Positions 11,023 through 21,334 of a DNA stretch of 64,000 nucleotides are shown one piece after another. The DNA is from an uncultured Acidimicrobiaceae bacterium. Lineage in GTDB: Bacteria; Actinomycetota; Acidimicrobiia; Acidimicrobiales; RAAP-2. The translations under genes and the position numbers were made by a program. Each line of letters starts with the position of its first letter. Position 1 is the stretch's first letter. The notes under the pieces were generated by a model that was not told where the DNA came from, did no database searches, and saw nothing but the letters and a program-made list of their open reading frames with translations. The stretch lies in assembly GCA_963755665.1 (NCBI GenBank), contig CAVWKU010000019.1, positions 5,202-69,201 on the forward strand, given 5' to 3'.

Positions 11023-11058
11023 AAAAGTTGAACGCTAGAATTCTAGCGTTTAGTTTTT
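11023..11058. repeat. Conserved AT-rich palindromic hairpin P1 (probable bidirectional intrinsic terminator; member of a 3-copy family)
   Basis: AAAAGTTGAACGCTAGAATTCTAGCGTTTAGTTTTT. The core AACGCTAGAATTCTAGCGTT is a perfect 20-bp palindrome with an A-run 5' and a T-run 3'. It lies between convergent genes. Confidence 0.7.
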
Positions 11059-11061
11059 AGA

Positions 11062-11130
11062 GGTCGCAGCTCACTGGGTCGCAGCTCACTGGGTCGCAGC
11101 TCACTGGGTCGCAGCTCACTGGGTCGCACT
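11062..11130. repeat. Tandem repeat, 15-bp unit GGTCGCAGCTCACTG, about 4.6 copies
   Basis: Read directly. It translates as the SELRPSELRP artefact in ORF 11043..11399. Confidence 0.9.
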
Positions 11131-11134
11131 TCGC

Positions 11135-11167
11135 GGGGTGCGCGGATTGACTGGGTGCGCGCACCCC
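11135..11167 (-). terminator. GC-rich hairpin downstream of xthA
   Basis: GGGGTGCGCG-(13 nt)-CGCGCACCCC, a 10-bp stem about 36 nt after the xthA stop. No clear U-tract. Confidence 0.4.
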
Positions 11168-11202
11168 TGAATCCACCGAGCCGTACCGCGCCGGTTGAGG
11201 CC

Positions 11203-11973
11203 TCAGCCGTCGGCGAAGTCGACCACGACCGGGGCATGGTCCGAAGGCTTCTGCCCCTTGCGGGCATCGCGGTCCCTGAAGGCACCCGAAGCCCGTGCGG
11301 CGAGGTCGTCGCTGACCAGCACGAGGTCGATGCGCATGCCGCGTCCCTGGTGGAAATCGCCGGCACGGTAGTCCCACCAGGTGAAGACGCCCGGCTCATT
11401 GAAGCGCGGGAACACGTCGGTGAGCCCCCAGGCCTCGACCTCTCGCAGAGCGGACCGCTCGGGCTCGCTCACGTGAGTCTGGCCGACGAAGTGGGCGGGA
11501 TCCCACACGTCGCCGTCGTCAGGTGCGACGTTGAAATCGCCGCAGATCGCCACCGAGTCCCCGGGTTTGTAGGCCTCGTCGAGCATGGTGCGCAACCGCG
11601 CCAGCCATTGCAACTTGATGGCGTAGAACTCGTTGTCGAGGCTGCGGCCATTGGGGACATACACCGAGTGCACCCGCACTCCCCCGCACGTCGCCGCGAC
11701 GATGCGGCATCCGTGCTCGTCCTCGGCGCTGTCGAACCCTCGCACCGGATCGGCCACCCCGAGGCGACTGACGATCGCCACGCCGTTCCATCGCCCGTCG
11801 CCGTGGTGCACCGACTCGTAGCCCAAGTCGGAGAACGCCTCCGCGGGGAACTTGTCGTCGGCCAGCTTCGTCTCCTGGAGGCACAGCACATCGGGTTCCT
11901 GCGCGGCGATCCATTCGGTGACGCGGGGCAGCCGTGCGCCCAACGAGTTGACGTTCCAGGTAGCCATGCGCAC
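11203..11973 (-). CDS. xthA: Exodeoxyribonuclease III
   Basis: Intact 256-aa ORF. MATWNVNSLGARL...VLCLQETK...WDYRAGDF...GMRIDLVL...SDHAPV are ExoIII/AP-endonuclease hallmarks. Confidence 0.9.
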   Translation of the reverse strand: MRMATWNVNSLGARLPRVTEWIAAQEPDVLCLQETKLADDKFPAEAFSDLGYESVHHGDGRWNGVAIVSRLGVADPVRGFDSAEDEHGCRIVAATCGGVRVHSVYVPNGRSLDNEFYAIKLQWLARLRTMLDEAYKPGDSVAICGDFNVAPDDGDVWDPAHFVGQTHVSEPERSALREVEAWGLTDVFPRFNEPGVFTWWDYRAGDFHQGRGMRIDLVLVSDDLAARASGAFRDRDARKGQKPSDHAPVVVDFADG

Positions 11974-12438
11974 TAGTTCGCCTCACCTTCGACGATGACG
12001 AAGAGCAGATCGGTCTCACAGGCCTTCTGCCCCCCGACATGGGCCGTACCGTGCCCCTTGCCGGCCCGGGCGGACATCCGTTCGAGGGTCACGTCGAGCT
12101 CGAGGGTATCGCCGGGAAGGACCTGGCGCCGAAAGCGCGCCCGCTCGATCCCGCCGAAGAGCGGCAGCTTCCCGGCGTAGCGCGGATCGAGGAGCACCGC
12201 GAAGGCGCCGAGCTGGGCCAACGCTTCGATCATGAGCACACCGGGCAGGGTGGGCCGTCCGGGAAAGTGCCCGGCGAAGAAGGGCTCGGAGCCCGTCAGC
12301 TGCCAGGTCCCCTGGGCCGAGTGGCCCGGCTCGACCGCGCGTGACCGACGTCAGGAAGAGAAACGGGGGTCGGTGCGGCAGGACGTCGATCGGTTCGGGT
12401 ATTCCCATGGCGCTGAGGTTATCGACGGTCGCGCTCAA
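11973..12438 (-). CDS. fabZ: 3-hydroxyacyl-ACP dehydratase FabZ, one 1-nt frame change near 12340
   Basis: LPHRPPFLFL (ORF 12016..12438), then AVEPGHSAQGTWQLTGSEPFFAGHFPGRPTLPGVLMIEALAQLG (frame of ORF 11973..12239). Confidence 0.8.
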
Positions 12439-13767
12439 CGCGAGGCCTTGGCCGCCTTTTTGGTCGAGCCGCGCCGTTTCTTGGCCGGCGCGGGCAACGA
12501 CAACTCGGCCACGCGCCGGGGAGGGTCCAAACTCGACAGGACGAACGGCCGCACCTCGCCCTTGGCCAACATCTGGCGCGCTTTCGTCGGAGGAGGGTCA
12601 CCCATGGCGGACAACGGGATGTAGCAGTGCAGGCTTCCCCCGTCCGGCAGGTCGACATCGACCATCGCTCCGTGGGAGGTGAAGGAGACGACCTCCCCCT
12701 CGAGGGTGGTCCCCACGGGATAGGTCGCGACGAACGTGATGAACGCCAGCGGTTCGTTGACCGCCGGAGGCGGCGTGGAGGACCGCCTCTTCGAAACGGG
12801 TTGGTCCTGCTCGACCGGCGCAGCCGACCTCTTCGCCGTTGACTTCTTGACCGGCTCGGCCTTCATCTCCGGCGCGCTCTTCTTCGCCGGCGCGGCCTTC
12901 TTGGCCGCGGCGGCCTTCTTCGCGGCAGCGGCCTTCTTGGCCGTCGCCTTGGTCGGCGGCCGTCTTGGAAGTCGCCGATTTCTTCGGAGCCGCGTCCTTC
13001 TTTGCCACCGCGGCGGCTTTCTTCTTCTTCGCCGGGGTCTTCGTAGCCTTGGCCGCTTTGCCCACCTTGGCCGGCTCGGGCGGGAGTGGCGGGTCCAGGG
13101 CTTCCGCCACCGCTTCGTTGATCGCACTCGACAAGTCGGGATCGACCTGGACCCGGCCGCGCCGGGGCGCTGGCGGGGGCTCGGTCGGGACGAGGGGCCA
13201 GGTGGTCGCCACGACCGGAGCGGCCTTCTTGGTCGTGCGTTTGGCCGCCTTCTTGGCCGCCTGGGCGAGCTCCGCCGCCTTGGCCGGAGCCGACTCGGGG
13301 TCACGCCTGGCCCGCTTCTCGGCCGTGGCGGCGCTGCTCTTCGGCCCGCGGATGGGCAGGCGGGGCGTGAAGATCCACCCCACTCCGGGGACCGGCTTGC
13401 CGCCGATCAGCCTTCCGTCGTCGAACAGCCACGGATGCTCGCCGTGGAACTCCTGGAACGAATCGTTGGAGAGGACGATCGCCCCGGTCCGCTCTGCGAT
13501 GCGCAACACGAAGGCGTCGCCGCGCCCGATGGCGCCGGCCGGTGGGGACACGACCTCGCCGTTGAGCATCGCTTCTCGCAACGTCTCGCGTTCGGTCTCG
13601 TCGATACGGTGCTCGAACGACGCATCGACCACCACGGTGATGCGGCTGTCGGGATCTTCGTGCGCGTACGCGGTCACGGCTTCGTCGAGTTGCTGCAAGC
13701 TCGGAAGCGTTCGTCCTTCGGTGGCCAGGTTGGACCCGTCCACCACGACATGGTGGGGTTCAGCCAA
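12435..13767 (-). CDS. NYN/Zc3h12a-like ribonuclease domain + Lys/Ala-rich linker + S1-like OB-fold protein, at least 1 frame change
   Basis: ORF 12598..13917 has HHVVVDGSNLATEG...ITVVVDASFEHRI...AIVLSNDSFQEF (NYN-like), then AKKAAK repeats. ORF 12435..13304 ends in GTTLEGEVVSFTSHGAMVDVDLPDGGSLHCYIPLSAMG (S1-like). A possible TTG start at 13767 overlaps the kgd stop. Confidence 0.55.
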
Positions 13768-16700
13768 TGGCACGCTGCAACAGATCGGCCTGCTCCAACT
13801 GATGCAGCGCGGCACTTCCGATGGCGGGACTGGCCGATTCGCTTCGACTGACGTGGCGAAGCCGCAGCCGTGCGGGCAACGCCGCGTGGAGGCGGGCATG
13901 CACGAACGACCAGGCACCCATGTTCTCGGGTTCTTCTTGCAACCACACCACTTCTTCGGCCTCTTCGTAACGCTCGAACAGCGCCGTCAGCTGGGCCAGC
14001 GGCCAGGGATAGAGCTGCTCCACCCGGACGATGGCGATCTCGGCCGCGGCCACCTCGTCGTCGGCCGCGATCTCGTGGCGGCGCTGGGCCGCTTCGTGGG
14101 CGATCTTCCCGCTGCACAGGACGATGCGACGTACCGTGGCCGGGTCGACGACCTCGGGGTCGTCCAGAACGTGGGCGAAGGAGCCGGTCTCGAGGTCCTC
14201 GATCGGTGACCGCGACGCCTGGGCCCGCAACATCGATTTTGGCGTGACCACGATCAAAGGTCGCTTCACGGTGAGTAGGGCCTGCGAGCGCAGCAAGTGG
14301 AAGTACTGGGCGGCCGTCGATGGCACGGTGACCCGCATGTTCCCGCGGGCGCAGAGTGCGAGGAACCGTTCGAATCGGGAGGACGAGTGCTCGGGCCCCT
14401 GTCCCTCGTAGCCGTGGGGAAGGAGCATGACGAGTCCGGCGTGCTGACCCCATTTGATCTCCGCCGCGGCCAGGAAGTTGTCGATGATGATCTGCGCCCC
14501 GTTGGCGAAGTCGCCGAACTGCGCTTCCCATGCCACCAGGGCCTCGGGTGCCTCGACGGAGTAGCCGTACTCGAACCCCACCGCGGCATACTCCGAGAGC
14601 AGCGAGTCGCGCACGGTGAACAGGCCCAGGCCTCCCTCCGCTGGTCGTCGTGTTCCCGCCCAGAATGCTGCCCACGTGGGCCAACGGGATGTACTCCTCG
14701 GCCGTGTTGTAATCGACCAGCACGGCGTGGCGCTGGCTGAACGTCCCGCGCCGCGTGTCCTGACCGGTGAGCCGGACGTTCACGCCCTCGTGGAGCAGCG
14801 ATCCGACGGCCAACGCCTCGGCCAGGGACCAGTCGACGTGGCCCTTGGCCACCATGTCGTCACGTTGTGCGAACTGCCGTTCGAGCTTGGGATGGATGGT
14901 GAAGCCTTCGGGCACCGTCCGCACCAGGGTGGCGATCGCGTGCAGCACCTCGCCGGAGACACCCGTCTCCTCGGAGGGGACATCGACATCAGCCGGTTCG
15001 TGCGCGGGGAGATGCGTCGGCGCCAACGAAGGCTCGCCCCTGACCTCGTCGAGCACGGACTGGAGCCGGTTGTTGAAGTCGTCGAGGGCCGCTTCGGCAC
15101 CTTCGAGGGTGATGTCCCCGCGGCGCACCAGCGTCTCGGTATAGAGCTTGCGCACCGAGCGCTTCGCATCGATGCGCTGGTACATGAGGGGCTGGGTGTA
15201 GCTGGGGTCGTCACCCTCGTTGTGCCCGTGCTTGCGGTAGCACACGATGTCGATGACCACGTCTTTGTGAAAAGTCTGGCGGAACGAGAACGCCAGCCGC
15301 GCCGCCCGCACACAGGCCTCGGGGTCGTCGCCGTTCACATGGAAGATCGGCGCCTGCACCATTTTGGCCACGTCGGTCGGGTAGACCGACGTCCGGGCCG
15401 AGGCCGGCGCGGTGGTGAACCCGAGCTGGTTGTTGATGACGACGTGTACCGCCCCTCCGGTGCGATAACCCGAGAGCCCGGACAGGTTCAGCGTCTCGGC
15501 CACCACGCCCTGGCCGGCGAAGGCCGCGTCGCCGTGGACCAGGACCGACATGCAGGGAAACCCGAAGGTTCCCTCGGCCAGCGCCTTGGGCGTGCCGTCG
15601 GTGGGGGGCGAGAGCCGGTCCTGCTTGGCCCGGGTCATGCCCTCGACGACGGGGTCCACGGCCTCGAGGTGGGAGGGGTTGGAGGCCAGGGTGACGGGAA
15701 GGTCTTCGCCCGCGCTGCCCTTGAAGATGCCGCGCGCGCCCTTGTGGTACTTCACGTCGCCCGAACCCTGCACGGAGTCGGGATCGAGGTTGCCCTCGAA
15801 CTCCTCGAAAATCTCCTTGTAGGACTTGCCGACGATGTTGGCCAAGACGTTGAGCCGGCCGCGGTGCGACATGCCCATCACGACCTCGGCCACGCCGGCG
15901 CCCGCCGCGGAGTCGAGCAGGGTGTCGAGCAACACGATTGTCGACTCGGCACCTTCGAGACCGAAGCGCTTCTGGCCGACGTAACGGGTGTGCAGGAAGC
16001 GCTCGAACACCTCGGCCGCGTTCAGCCGGTCGAGGATGTGGCGCTGCTCCTCCTCGTTGAGCGTGCTCGGCTGCCCTTCGACGTGTTGCTGGATCCACCG
16101 CTTCTGCTCGGGATCCTGAATGTGCATGTACTCGATGGCGAGGGTCCGGCAGTACGCGTCGCGCAGCACATGGAGGATCTCGTCGAGGGTGGCGAGGTCG
16201 CGCCCGGCCAGTCCGTCGGCCACGAAGGTCCGGGGGAGGTCCCAGATGGTCAGCCCGTAGGTCAACGGATCGAGCTCGGGATGGATGTGGGGCGGCTCGG
16301 CGTCGAGCGGATCGAGATGCGCGATGAGATGTCCCCGCACCCGGTACATGTTGATCAGGGTCTGGACATGGACCTGCTTGATCAGCCGCTGGTGCTCGCT
16401 CTCGTCCGTCCCCTGGCCGGCGTTGCTGTCCACATGCCAACGCGCCGGCTCGTACGGCACGCCCATCGACTCGAAGAGCGCGTCGTAGAACCCGTCCTCA
16501 CCGGCGAGGAGCGCCGCCACCCGTCCGAGGAAGATGCCGGACTCGGCCCCTTGGATGATGCGGTGGTCGTAGGTCGAGGTCAACGTGACCACCTTGCCCA
16601 GACCGAGTTGCGCCAGCACCCTCGGGTCCGCCGCCTCGTAACCGGCGGGGTACCCGAGGGCGCCCACGCCGATGATGGCGCCTTGCCCGGGCATCAGGCG

Positions 16701-17484
16701 GGGAACCGATTGCGCCGTCCCGAGCGTTCCGGGGTTGGTGAGCGAGACCGTCGTGCCGCTGAAGTCGTCCGGCGAGATCTTGCCGGTGTGGATCTTGCGG
16801 ATCAGGTCTTCGTAGGCCACGACGAAGGCGCGGAAGTCGAGGGTGTCGGCGTCGCGGATGCACGGCACCAGAAGCGTGCGCGATCCGTCCTTCTTCTGCT
16901 GGTCGACGGCGAGCCCCAGGCCGACGTGCTTGTGGTGGATGACGCCCGGCTTGCCGCTGCCACCGGCGTCTTCGACGAAGGAGGCGTTCAGCGCGGGGAC
17001 GTCGGACAGGGCGCGGACGATGGCGAATCCGATCAGATGGGTGAAACTGACCTTCGCCCCGGTGGTCCGGGCCAGTTGGTTATTGAGGATCTGGCGGTTG
17101 ACTTCGAGCAGGCGTGCCGGAACGGTTCGCACGCTGGTCGCCGTCGGGACCCCGAGGCTGGCTTCCATGTTGGCCACAATCCGCGAGGCCGCCCCCCGGA
17201 GGATCACCGGATCCTCGGACCCCGCGGCGGGCTCAGACCGGGGTGCGCCGGTAGCAGGGGCCGCGGCGGGGGCGGCGGGGGCGGCCGGGGTGCGGCGCCT
17301 CCACGACCGGGGCCGAGGCCACCGCGCTCTGGGGCGCAGGAACCGGAGCGGCCCGGTAGTCGGCAAAGAACTCGCGCCAGCTTTCGCTGACCGAGGAGGG
17401 ATCGACCAGGAATCGGTCGTACATATCGTCGACCAGCCATGCATTCGGGCCGAATGAGCCCGCTGCGACCTCTGACTGTGCCAT
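13760..17484 (-). CDS. kgd: Multifunctional 2-oxoglutarate dehydrogenase/decarboxylase E1 with a fused E2-like succinyltransferase segment (Kgd/OdhA type), 2 frame changes (about 14620 and about 17270)
   Basis: N-terminus FGPNAWLVDDMYDRFLVDPSSVSESWREFF (ORF 17233..17484). E2 motif STYDHRIIQGAESG and the E1 body are in ORF 13674..17690. The C-terminus is in ORF 13760..14614. Confidence 0.9.
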
Positions 17485-17545
17485 AGACCCACCCTACCGG
17501 GGGCGCTGGACGTATTGGGGCAGGGCGGTACTGTCACCCCTACCC

Positions 17546-18355
17546 ATGGGCTATCCGGTCGGACTCCACATCCTCGAACGAGCGGGGGCGGCCCCGGGGG
17601 CGCCGGCGGTCCCGCCGTGGTAATGGTCCACGGTTCGCTCGACCGCGGCGAGAGCTTCCGCCGGGTCATGCGACGGCTTCCCGATCTCACCGTGGTGGCC
17701 TACGACCGCCGGGGGTACCAGGGGTCCCTTGCCGCCGGGGTGGTGGGCCTGGACGGCCACGTCGCCGACCTGCTGGCGATCCTCTCCGAGGTCCGCTCCC
17801 GGGGCGCCGGGCCGGTCGTCGCCGTCGGCCACAGCGTGGGTGGCGACGTCGTTCTCGGCGCGGCTCTGGCCGAACCCCGGGCCTGCGACGCCGTCGGGGC
17901 CTTCGAGCCACCGATGCCCTGGCTCGGATTCCGACGTCCGCAGGCGGACGGGTGCCGCCCGCCAGGGCGGCCAGGGCTCCCGTGAGCGAGGACCCCGGCG
18001 AAGAGGCGGAGCGGTTCTTCCGGCGGATGGTGAGCCCATCGGCCTGGGAGCGGCTCAACGAGGCCGGACGCGATGGTCGGCGAGCCGACGGGCCGGCGCT
18101 GCTGGCGGACTTCAGAAGCCTGCGGGGGGACCCGCCCTTCGACGTCTTGGACGCTCGCCGTCCCGGCGCTGTTCGGCGTGGGGGGTCCGGGCAGCGCCGC
18201 CGCATCACCGTGACACGGTGGCGTGGCTGGGGACCCACGTGCCCGGGGCGGCCGTCTACGAGATCGATGGTGCGCACCACGGGGCACACCTTTCACACCC
18301 GGACAACTTCGCCGCCTTCATCCGTGCCGTTCTGGCACGGGCTGTCGCCGACTGA
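17546..18355 (+). CDS. alpha/beta hydrolase, 3-4 frame changes
   Basis: VVMVHGSLDRGESF...VAVGHSVGGDVVL (ORF 17515..17985). EEAERFFRRMVSPSAWERL (ORF 17952..18401). AVYEIDGAHHGAHLSHPDNF (ORF 17729..18355). Confidence 0.6.
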
Positions 18356-18391
18356 GGACCCGCCCACCGACGAGCAGGTCGCCGCCCCAGG

Positions 18392-19102
18392 TCAGCGGTA
18401 GTTTTCCCGACTGACCGGACAGGCGTCGCACCAGGGAAGAGAGGTCACGAAGGACCAGGTGCGGCGGTGGATGGAGGAGAGGCCATACCCCCGCAGGGCC
18501 ATCTGGTGTGCGGGCGAGGGATATCCCTTGTTCTGTTCGAAGGCGAAGGGAGGAAAGTGCTCCGACTCCTCGCGCATGAGGCGGTCCCGCACCACCTTGG
18601 CCAACACGGAGGCGGCCGCGACCGACGCGCACCGGGCGTCGCCGTCGATGATCGGGTGCACGGATCCCCGGAACGCCCCGGTGGCGGGCTCGGGACCCGA
18701 GACGAGGTCCAGCGGGCCGTCGATGAGAAGGGCGTCGGGTGGGCTGGACAACCCGTCGAGCGCCCGCTGGGATGCGAGGTGGAGCGCCACCCTCATCCCC
18801 CAGCGATCGCATTCCTCGGGAGAGGCATGACCCACCGCCCAATCGACGCACCAGGCACCGACCGTCTCGAAAATGGACTCGCGCCGGGCTTCACTGAGTT
18901 GCTTGGAGTCCCGGAGCCAGCGGGGTTGTGTCCGCTTGGTGGCCTTGGGCGGGACGACAGCGACGCCGACGGTCACCGGGCCCGCCCATGCACCCCGACC
19001 GACCTCGTCCATGCCTGCGACACACGCATGGCCCTGGCGCCGCAGCGCGCGCTCCTCGATCAGATCGGGCGTGCTGACGCGGGTTCCCGCCAAACCGGTC
19101 AC
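18392..19102 (-). CDS. rnhB: Ribonuclease HII
   Basis: VAGMDEVGRGAWAGPV...LRDSKQLSE...ASVLAKVVRDRLM...NKGYPSPAH. The ORF extends to 19369, but the upstream part overlaps a + strand gene; a GTG near 19102 fits family length. Confidence 0.8.
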   Translation of the reverse strand: MTGLAGTRVSTPDLIEERALRRQGHACVAGMDEVGRGAWAGPVTVGVAVVPPKATKRTQPRWLRDSKQLSEARRESIFETVGAWCVDWAVGHASPEECDRWGMRVALHLASQRALDGLSSPPDALLIDGPLDLVSGPEPATGAFRGSVHPIIDGDARCASVAAASVLAKVVRDRLMREESEHFPPFAFEQNKGYPSPAHQMALRGYGLSSIHRRTWSFVTSLPWCDACPVSRENYR

Positions 19103-19134
19103 GGGCGCGTGGCCGGCTTCAATACGATGGGGGC

Positions 19135-19372
19135 GTGAGCACTGGGGGGAGGGCACTCGAGCCGAACGCGCGGTCCCCGCTTGCCCCGGGCACGCAGGTG
19201 GATGTCCGCAATCGGTATCAGGGCACGTGGACGCGGGGATTCGAAGTGGCCGAGATTCACTCCGGACGGCTACCGCATCCGGCGCCTGTCCGACGGCAGC
19301 ATTCTGGGCGAACTTTTCTCCCGGGACGATGTCCGCCGCCAACGGAGCCGTCAGGGCTTCTGGTGGCACTGA
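19135..19372 (+). CDS. Small conserved-looking hypothetical protein, one frame change
   Basis: MSTGGRALEPNARSPLAPGTQVDVRNRYQGTWTRGFEVAEIH (ORF 19135..19389) joins SDGYRIRRLSDGSILGELFSRDDVRR (ORF 19181..19372). No family assigned. Confidence 0.35.
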
Positions 19373-19395
19373 TCTTCGCGAAGCACTGAGAGGCG

Positions 19396-19695
19396 TCAGT
19401 CAGCCGGAACCCGACGGACCGCCTCGATGTAGTCGTCGATCGGTATGGCCGAGAGCGTCAGGGTCTTGAGCGTGCCGCGCGAGCCGAGCACGAGCGCGAC
19501 ACGTGCCATCGTCTGTTCGTCCGGCGCGTCGAGCACGGTGCAGAAGTCATAGGGCCCGAGGAGCGCCCACTGCGCCAGCACGCGCACGCCCATCGATTCG
19601 ACTTCGGCGTTGACCGCCTTGAGCCGATCGGGATTCTCGGCCAGGGTGGCCGCCCCATCGGGTCCCACGGTCGAGAGCATCAAAAATGTCGACAT
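19396..19695 (-). CDS. GYD-domain protein
   Basis: Intact 99-aa ORF. The layout MSTFLMLST...LGPYDFCTVLDAPDEQTMARVAL is typical of the GYD family. Confidence 0.75.
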   Translation of the reverse strand: MSTFLMLSTVGPDGAATLAENPDRLKAVNAEVESMGVRVLAQWALLGPYDFCTVLDAPDEQTMARVALVLGSRGTLKTLTLSAIPIDDYIEAVRRVPAD

Positions 19696-19765
19696 GGCTT
19701 CACGCTATCGCAACAATTGTGCCGGGAAGCGTCTGTTCTCCCCCAGTGGATCTCCCCCTCGTGCC

Positions 19766-21285
19766 CTAGTGCAGATCCCGCCGGACGACCTTGCCCATGG
19801 CGTTGCGGGGCAGGGCATCCACCACGCGGAACTCTCTCGGCCGCTTGTAGGACGTCAACTCTCGTGTCGCCAGCCGCGCCAACCCCTCGATGTCCGGGTC
19901 GCCATCGAGCCCGACGACGAAGGCCGTCACCGACTCCCCCCACTCGGCCGACGGCACGCCGACGACGGCGATCTCTCTGACCGATTGGTGCCGGGCCAGG
20001 ACGGCCTCGACCTCGGCCGGATAGACATTGTGCCCCCCGGTGATGATGAGCTCGGTGCGCCGCCCGCGGATGGAGATGTACCCGTCGTCCTCGACGGATG
20101 CCAGATCACCGGTGGCGAACCAGCCGTCGCTCCACATCGCCTCGGACGCGTCGGCGCGTCGCCAATAACCCCGGCAGAGGGACGGACCGCGCACCAAGAG
20201 CTCGCCGATTCCCGCTCCGTCGGGGTCTGCGATCGCTGCTTCCACGCCGGGCAGGGGAAACCCGACCGACCCCGGCCGCCGTTCTCCCTCCAAAGGGTTG
20301 GACAGCGTCAACAGCGTCTCGGACATCCCATAGCGCTCGAGAACCGATACCCCGAAGTCGCGGTCGAATCGCCGCCACAGATCGGCCGAGAGGGGTGCCG
20401 ATCCGGCGACGCAGAGCCGAAGGGCCGAAAGCTCCTCCGCCCGGCCGGACTCGGCCAACCGGTGGTACATGGTGGGGACCCCGAAGAACATGGTGCTCCC
20501 GGGCACGGCATCGAGGACGTGGTCGGGCACGAACCGTTCGAACACGACGGCGGAACCGCCTGCGGCCAACGTGCCGAACAGCCCCGCGCACAGCCCGTGT
20601 ACGTGAAAAAGGGGCAGGGCCAGGATCAAGCGGTCCTCGGGCCGCCAACCCCACGCCATCTGGAGTGCACAGCGTTCCCGCGAGCAGCGAACCGTGGGTG
20701 TGGACCGCGCCCTTCGGCTCTCCGGTCGTGCCCGAGGTGTACACGATCAGTGCATCGTCCCCGGGACCCGCCGCATCCAACGCGACGTCTGCCGCGCCCG
20801 CACCACCGGGGAACTCGCCGGGTCTGCGCACCATCGCCCCGGTTCGGTCGCTCGCCAACCATCCCCTGCCCTCTGCCCGATCGACCACGCATACCGCCGG
20901 ATCCACGTCAGCCGCCACGTAGCGCAACTCGCTCCTGCTGGCGGACGGGTTCACGGGGACGACGACGGCGCCGAGACGCAACGCGCCGAGGAGGACGATG
21001 ATCGCGTCCATCGACGCCGAGCAACTCCAGAGCACCCGGTCCCCCGCCACGACGCCGCATCCGGCCAGGGATGCCGCGGCCAGCGCGGTCCTGCCGCGCC
21101 AATTCCCGGCCATGCAGCGCGGCGCCCAAACTGCGCCCCTCCAGGAGAACCGGACGATCCGGTTCGTCACGCCACTGTTGCGACCACACCTCGGGCAGTG
21201 TGTGGCCGGTGGTCAGATCAGCCGGCAGCAAGGGCGGCGCACCTCGTGGTCTGTGCCGGGACCATGCGCGCGCCATGTCCATCAC
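19766..21285 (-). CDS. AMP-dependent acyl-CoA synthetase/ligase, 2 frame changes
   Basis: AMP-binding motif LIVYTSGTTGEPKGAVHTH (ORF 20106..21170). GDLASVEDDGYISIRGRRTELIITGGHNVYPAEVE (ORF 19766..20659). The N-terminal piece is in ORF 20908..21285. Confidence 0.75.
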
Positions 21286-21334
21286 CGCACCCGCACCCCG
21301 TCAGTGAGCCACCGCACGCCATAGTCTGGCGGAC

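Noticed and set aside
11043-11399. ORF encoding SELRPSELRPSELRP...
   Set aside because: This is a translation artefact of the 15-bp tandem repeat and of the antisense strand of the xthA 3' end.
14616-17390. 924-aa ORF on the plus strand
   Set aside because: It is exactly antisense to the well-supported kgd gene. Long stop-free antisense frames are expected at this G+C level, and it has no recognisable motifs.
18392-19369. Full 325-aa extent of the rnhB ORF
   Set aside because: The N-terminal ~90 codons have no RNase HII similarity and overlap a plus-strand small gene. A shorter gene starting near 19102 is preferred.
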